Source: the human T2T-CHM13v2.0 reference genome, Homo sapiens
Length of the DNA stretch: 64,000 nt
NCBI RefSeq assembly: GCF_009914755.1
Contig: NC_060930.1
Reading direction: 5' to 3' (one strand)
In this document: positions 61,639 through 64,000 of the stretch, in pieces
How positions within the stretch are numbered: the stretch's first letter is position 1
How the letters are laid out: every line of letters starts with the position of its first letter
The notes under the pieces: model-generated
The model's input: the letters and a program-made list of their open reading frames with translations, nothing else
What the model was told of the DNA's origin: nothing
Databases searched by the model: none
Program-made: the position numbers and the translations under genes

Positions 61639-63492
61639 TGTTGGGGTGATCAGACCCAACACCAGGTCGTGGGGGTGACAAAGTCAGCGGAGTCAAAGGA
61701 TTGAGAAAAAGACAGTGAGAGAAAAAGGTGGGACACCAGAGGACCATCATTATTGTATGGAGGCTGCAAAGGCCCCGAGTTCTGGGAGCCCACGGTATTT
61801 ATTGGTAATCCAACAAAGAAACAGGTGGTGAGAATGTGGAGGTCAAAAGAGCACATTGCGTTAAGCACATGATTTACAGCTGTGATGTTTAGCATTTATA
61901 TGGAACATGTTCTGCTACTTGAGATAATGGGAATAGGAGCCTAGGAGGGCTAGAAGCAAGGAGCCAGCAAGTCTAGACACATTCCAAAGGACATTATGCA
62001 AGCCCTGCCTCAGTTTCCCTCCCACCACTCAGCTTTTTCGCAACATGCCTCCCTTCTCTTTTTTGTAAAAGAGGAACTATCATTATTACTGTCATTATTA
62101 CTAGCATAAGAGGTGGCCTCTTTTAATTGAGCAAGGCACTTGCAGGCTGTGCAGCCCTTTATTGCCAGTCGGTGATCCAGCTTCATTTTTCTTAGCCCTT
62201 ATTCAAACTGGAGTCGCTCTGGTTTGAATGCTTACCACATACCTCCCCTTTCCCTTTTACAGGAGGACCCTTAATCCTAGGGGTTGCAGAAGGATGAAGG
62301 TCCATCTTCTGTAACTTCTTCATGCTGAATAGGGGCAATGATACTCCTGCCTAATTATTAGGGTCTCTTTTATTCAGGGTAGAGAGGAGCTGAGTCAGAA
62401 AGCATTGGTCCATTAAGCATCGTGACTCTGGTCGGTCTTCGTTCCATCTTCGCAATCAGATTCAAGTGGCTCATGGCTCGTACTGGGGGAACCCGGTCCA
62501 TGGTTGGGATCCATGCTCCCGTTCCATGGTCGTACACATCTTGAGGGCATCCACACGGTTTGTTCATCTCCTGCAAAAACACAAGCATACCCTCTCCCCC
62601 ACGTTAGTAAATCTACTGAAACAGAAGCAAAAACTTGTTGTGGTTGTAGCTAGGAGGCATGCCGTTGCTGAAACATTCGTTAACTCGGTTTCTGCCTCTT
62701 TGGTTAATTACCGTGAGGTAAAACTTTCTACTGATAATGAGAAACAGGCCTTCTCTGATTAACAGAAGGCATAGAGAAAGCAAATCGAGGCTTTTCAGAC
62801 CTTCAATTCGTGCTGTACAGGCGGGTCCACTAGATGCTGTGGCTCATGATAGATCTTCAGATGTTTGGTGGGCACCCACACAGGCACCTGATTGTCACCT
62901 GGAGAGACACAAGCAGATCCTCTTCCCCATAAAATTATCTTTAGGCAGGGATTGGAGGAAGTAGATTCAGAGGTAAGGAAAATTTTGGGGGCCTAATGGC
63001 TTCCTAATGATTGATAGGTGTTCCCTCGGAAGTTAGGAATTCCCTTTCTCTCCATATTGCTGCGTGGGCATGGAGGACTAGGTAAGCATACTAAGAGTCT
63101 ATATGTATATTTACTCGTTTTCCTTCTCCTAATTGGAGTCAAAGGATTGAGAAAAAGACAGTGAGAGATAAAAAGGTGGGACACTAGGGTGTCATCACTA
63201 TTGTATGGAGGCTGTGAAGGCCCTGAGCTCTGGGGGCCCACGGTATTTATTGGTAATCCAACAAAGAAACAGGTGGTGAGAATGTGGAGGTCAAAAGAGC
63301 ACGTTGCATTAAGCACATGATTTACAGCTGTGATGGCTTAGCATTTATATGGAGCATGTTCTGCTACTTGAGATAATAGGAATAGGAGCCTAGGAGGGCT
63401 AGAAGCAAGGAGCCAGCAAGTCTAGACACATTCCAAAGGACTATGCAAGCCCTGCCTCAGTTTCCCTCCCAACACTCAGCTTTTTCCCAACA
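61639..63492 (-). mobile_element. Internally deleted HERV-K14 (HML-1)-like provirus with LTR14A/B-type LTRs
   Basis: Direct repeats at 61639-62045 (complete 3' LTR) and 63135-63492 (5' LTR lacking its U5 end); polypurine tract at 62046-62064; AATAA on both flanks; integrase remnants inside; inserted into an old L1M-like sequence. Confidence 0.85.
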
Positions 63493-63809
63493 AATAATAA
63501 TAAGACAAAAAATACATATTCATATTTATATCTACATAAACACTACAAATATAAGAAGTGAATAAAGTGGTCACCTATGGGGCTTGGGGTAGACAGGGAT
63601 GTAAGAAGGAAACTTCTTATTATATGCCTTTTAAAATATAATTTTGATGTTTGAATCATATAAATGTATTACCTATTCCAAATATTAAAATAATTTAAAG
63701 ATAGATATATATACAATATAAAATGTATTTCTCCCACCCCATTCCATTCCCTGGAAGTAACCATTTGGATCTGTTTCTTTTATAGCCTTTCAGAGTAGTT
63801 TATTGTATA

Positions 63810-64000
63810 ACATTAGTCAAGGTTCTTCAGAGAAACAGAACCAAAATGTGTGTATTATACATAGAGATCTGTTTTAAAGAATTGGCTCATGTGATTGTTA
63901 AGGGCTGGCAGGTCTGAAATTTTCAGGACAGGCTGTCAGGCTGGAGACTGGGGAAAGAGTGGGTATTGCAGTATCAAGCCTGAAGAAAGTCTGAAGGTAG
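63810..64000 (-). mobile_element. MLT2-like (ERVL) LTR, runs off the window
   Basis: ATTAGTCAAGGTTCTTCAGAGAAACAGAACCAA...GAATTGGCTCATGTGATTGT. Confidence 0.75.

Overview
Primate (most likely human) genomic DNA, largely intronic, from the middle of NCOA7 (nuclear receptor coactivator 7; OXR1/TLDc family) on the + strand. Eight internal coding exons (5709-41499) splice with GT-AG boundaries into one continuous frame covering about residues 17-699: a basic N-terminus, the LysM domain, a GRAM-like region, a large acidic exon and the pre-TLDc region. The start exon and TLDc exons lie outside the window. Introns carry about 25 Alus, L1/L2/MIR remnants, MaLR and ERV LTRs, hAT transposons and a 7SK pseudogene. 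Most ORFs in the supplied track are repeat-derived. The most notable observations are (1) a candidate internal first exon near 50.5-50.7 kb, with an HNF1-type site, that would give an in-frame MGAAHS (N-myristoylation-type) start to a short TLDc-only isoform; (2) a 1.85 kb HERV-K14-like provirus that is a mosaic of several retroviral lineages; (3) a templated inverted insertion inside an MLT1D LTR; (4) LIR-like motifs next to an in-frame alternative acceptor. Family and gene names come from recall, not database searches.
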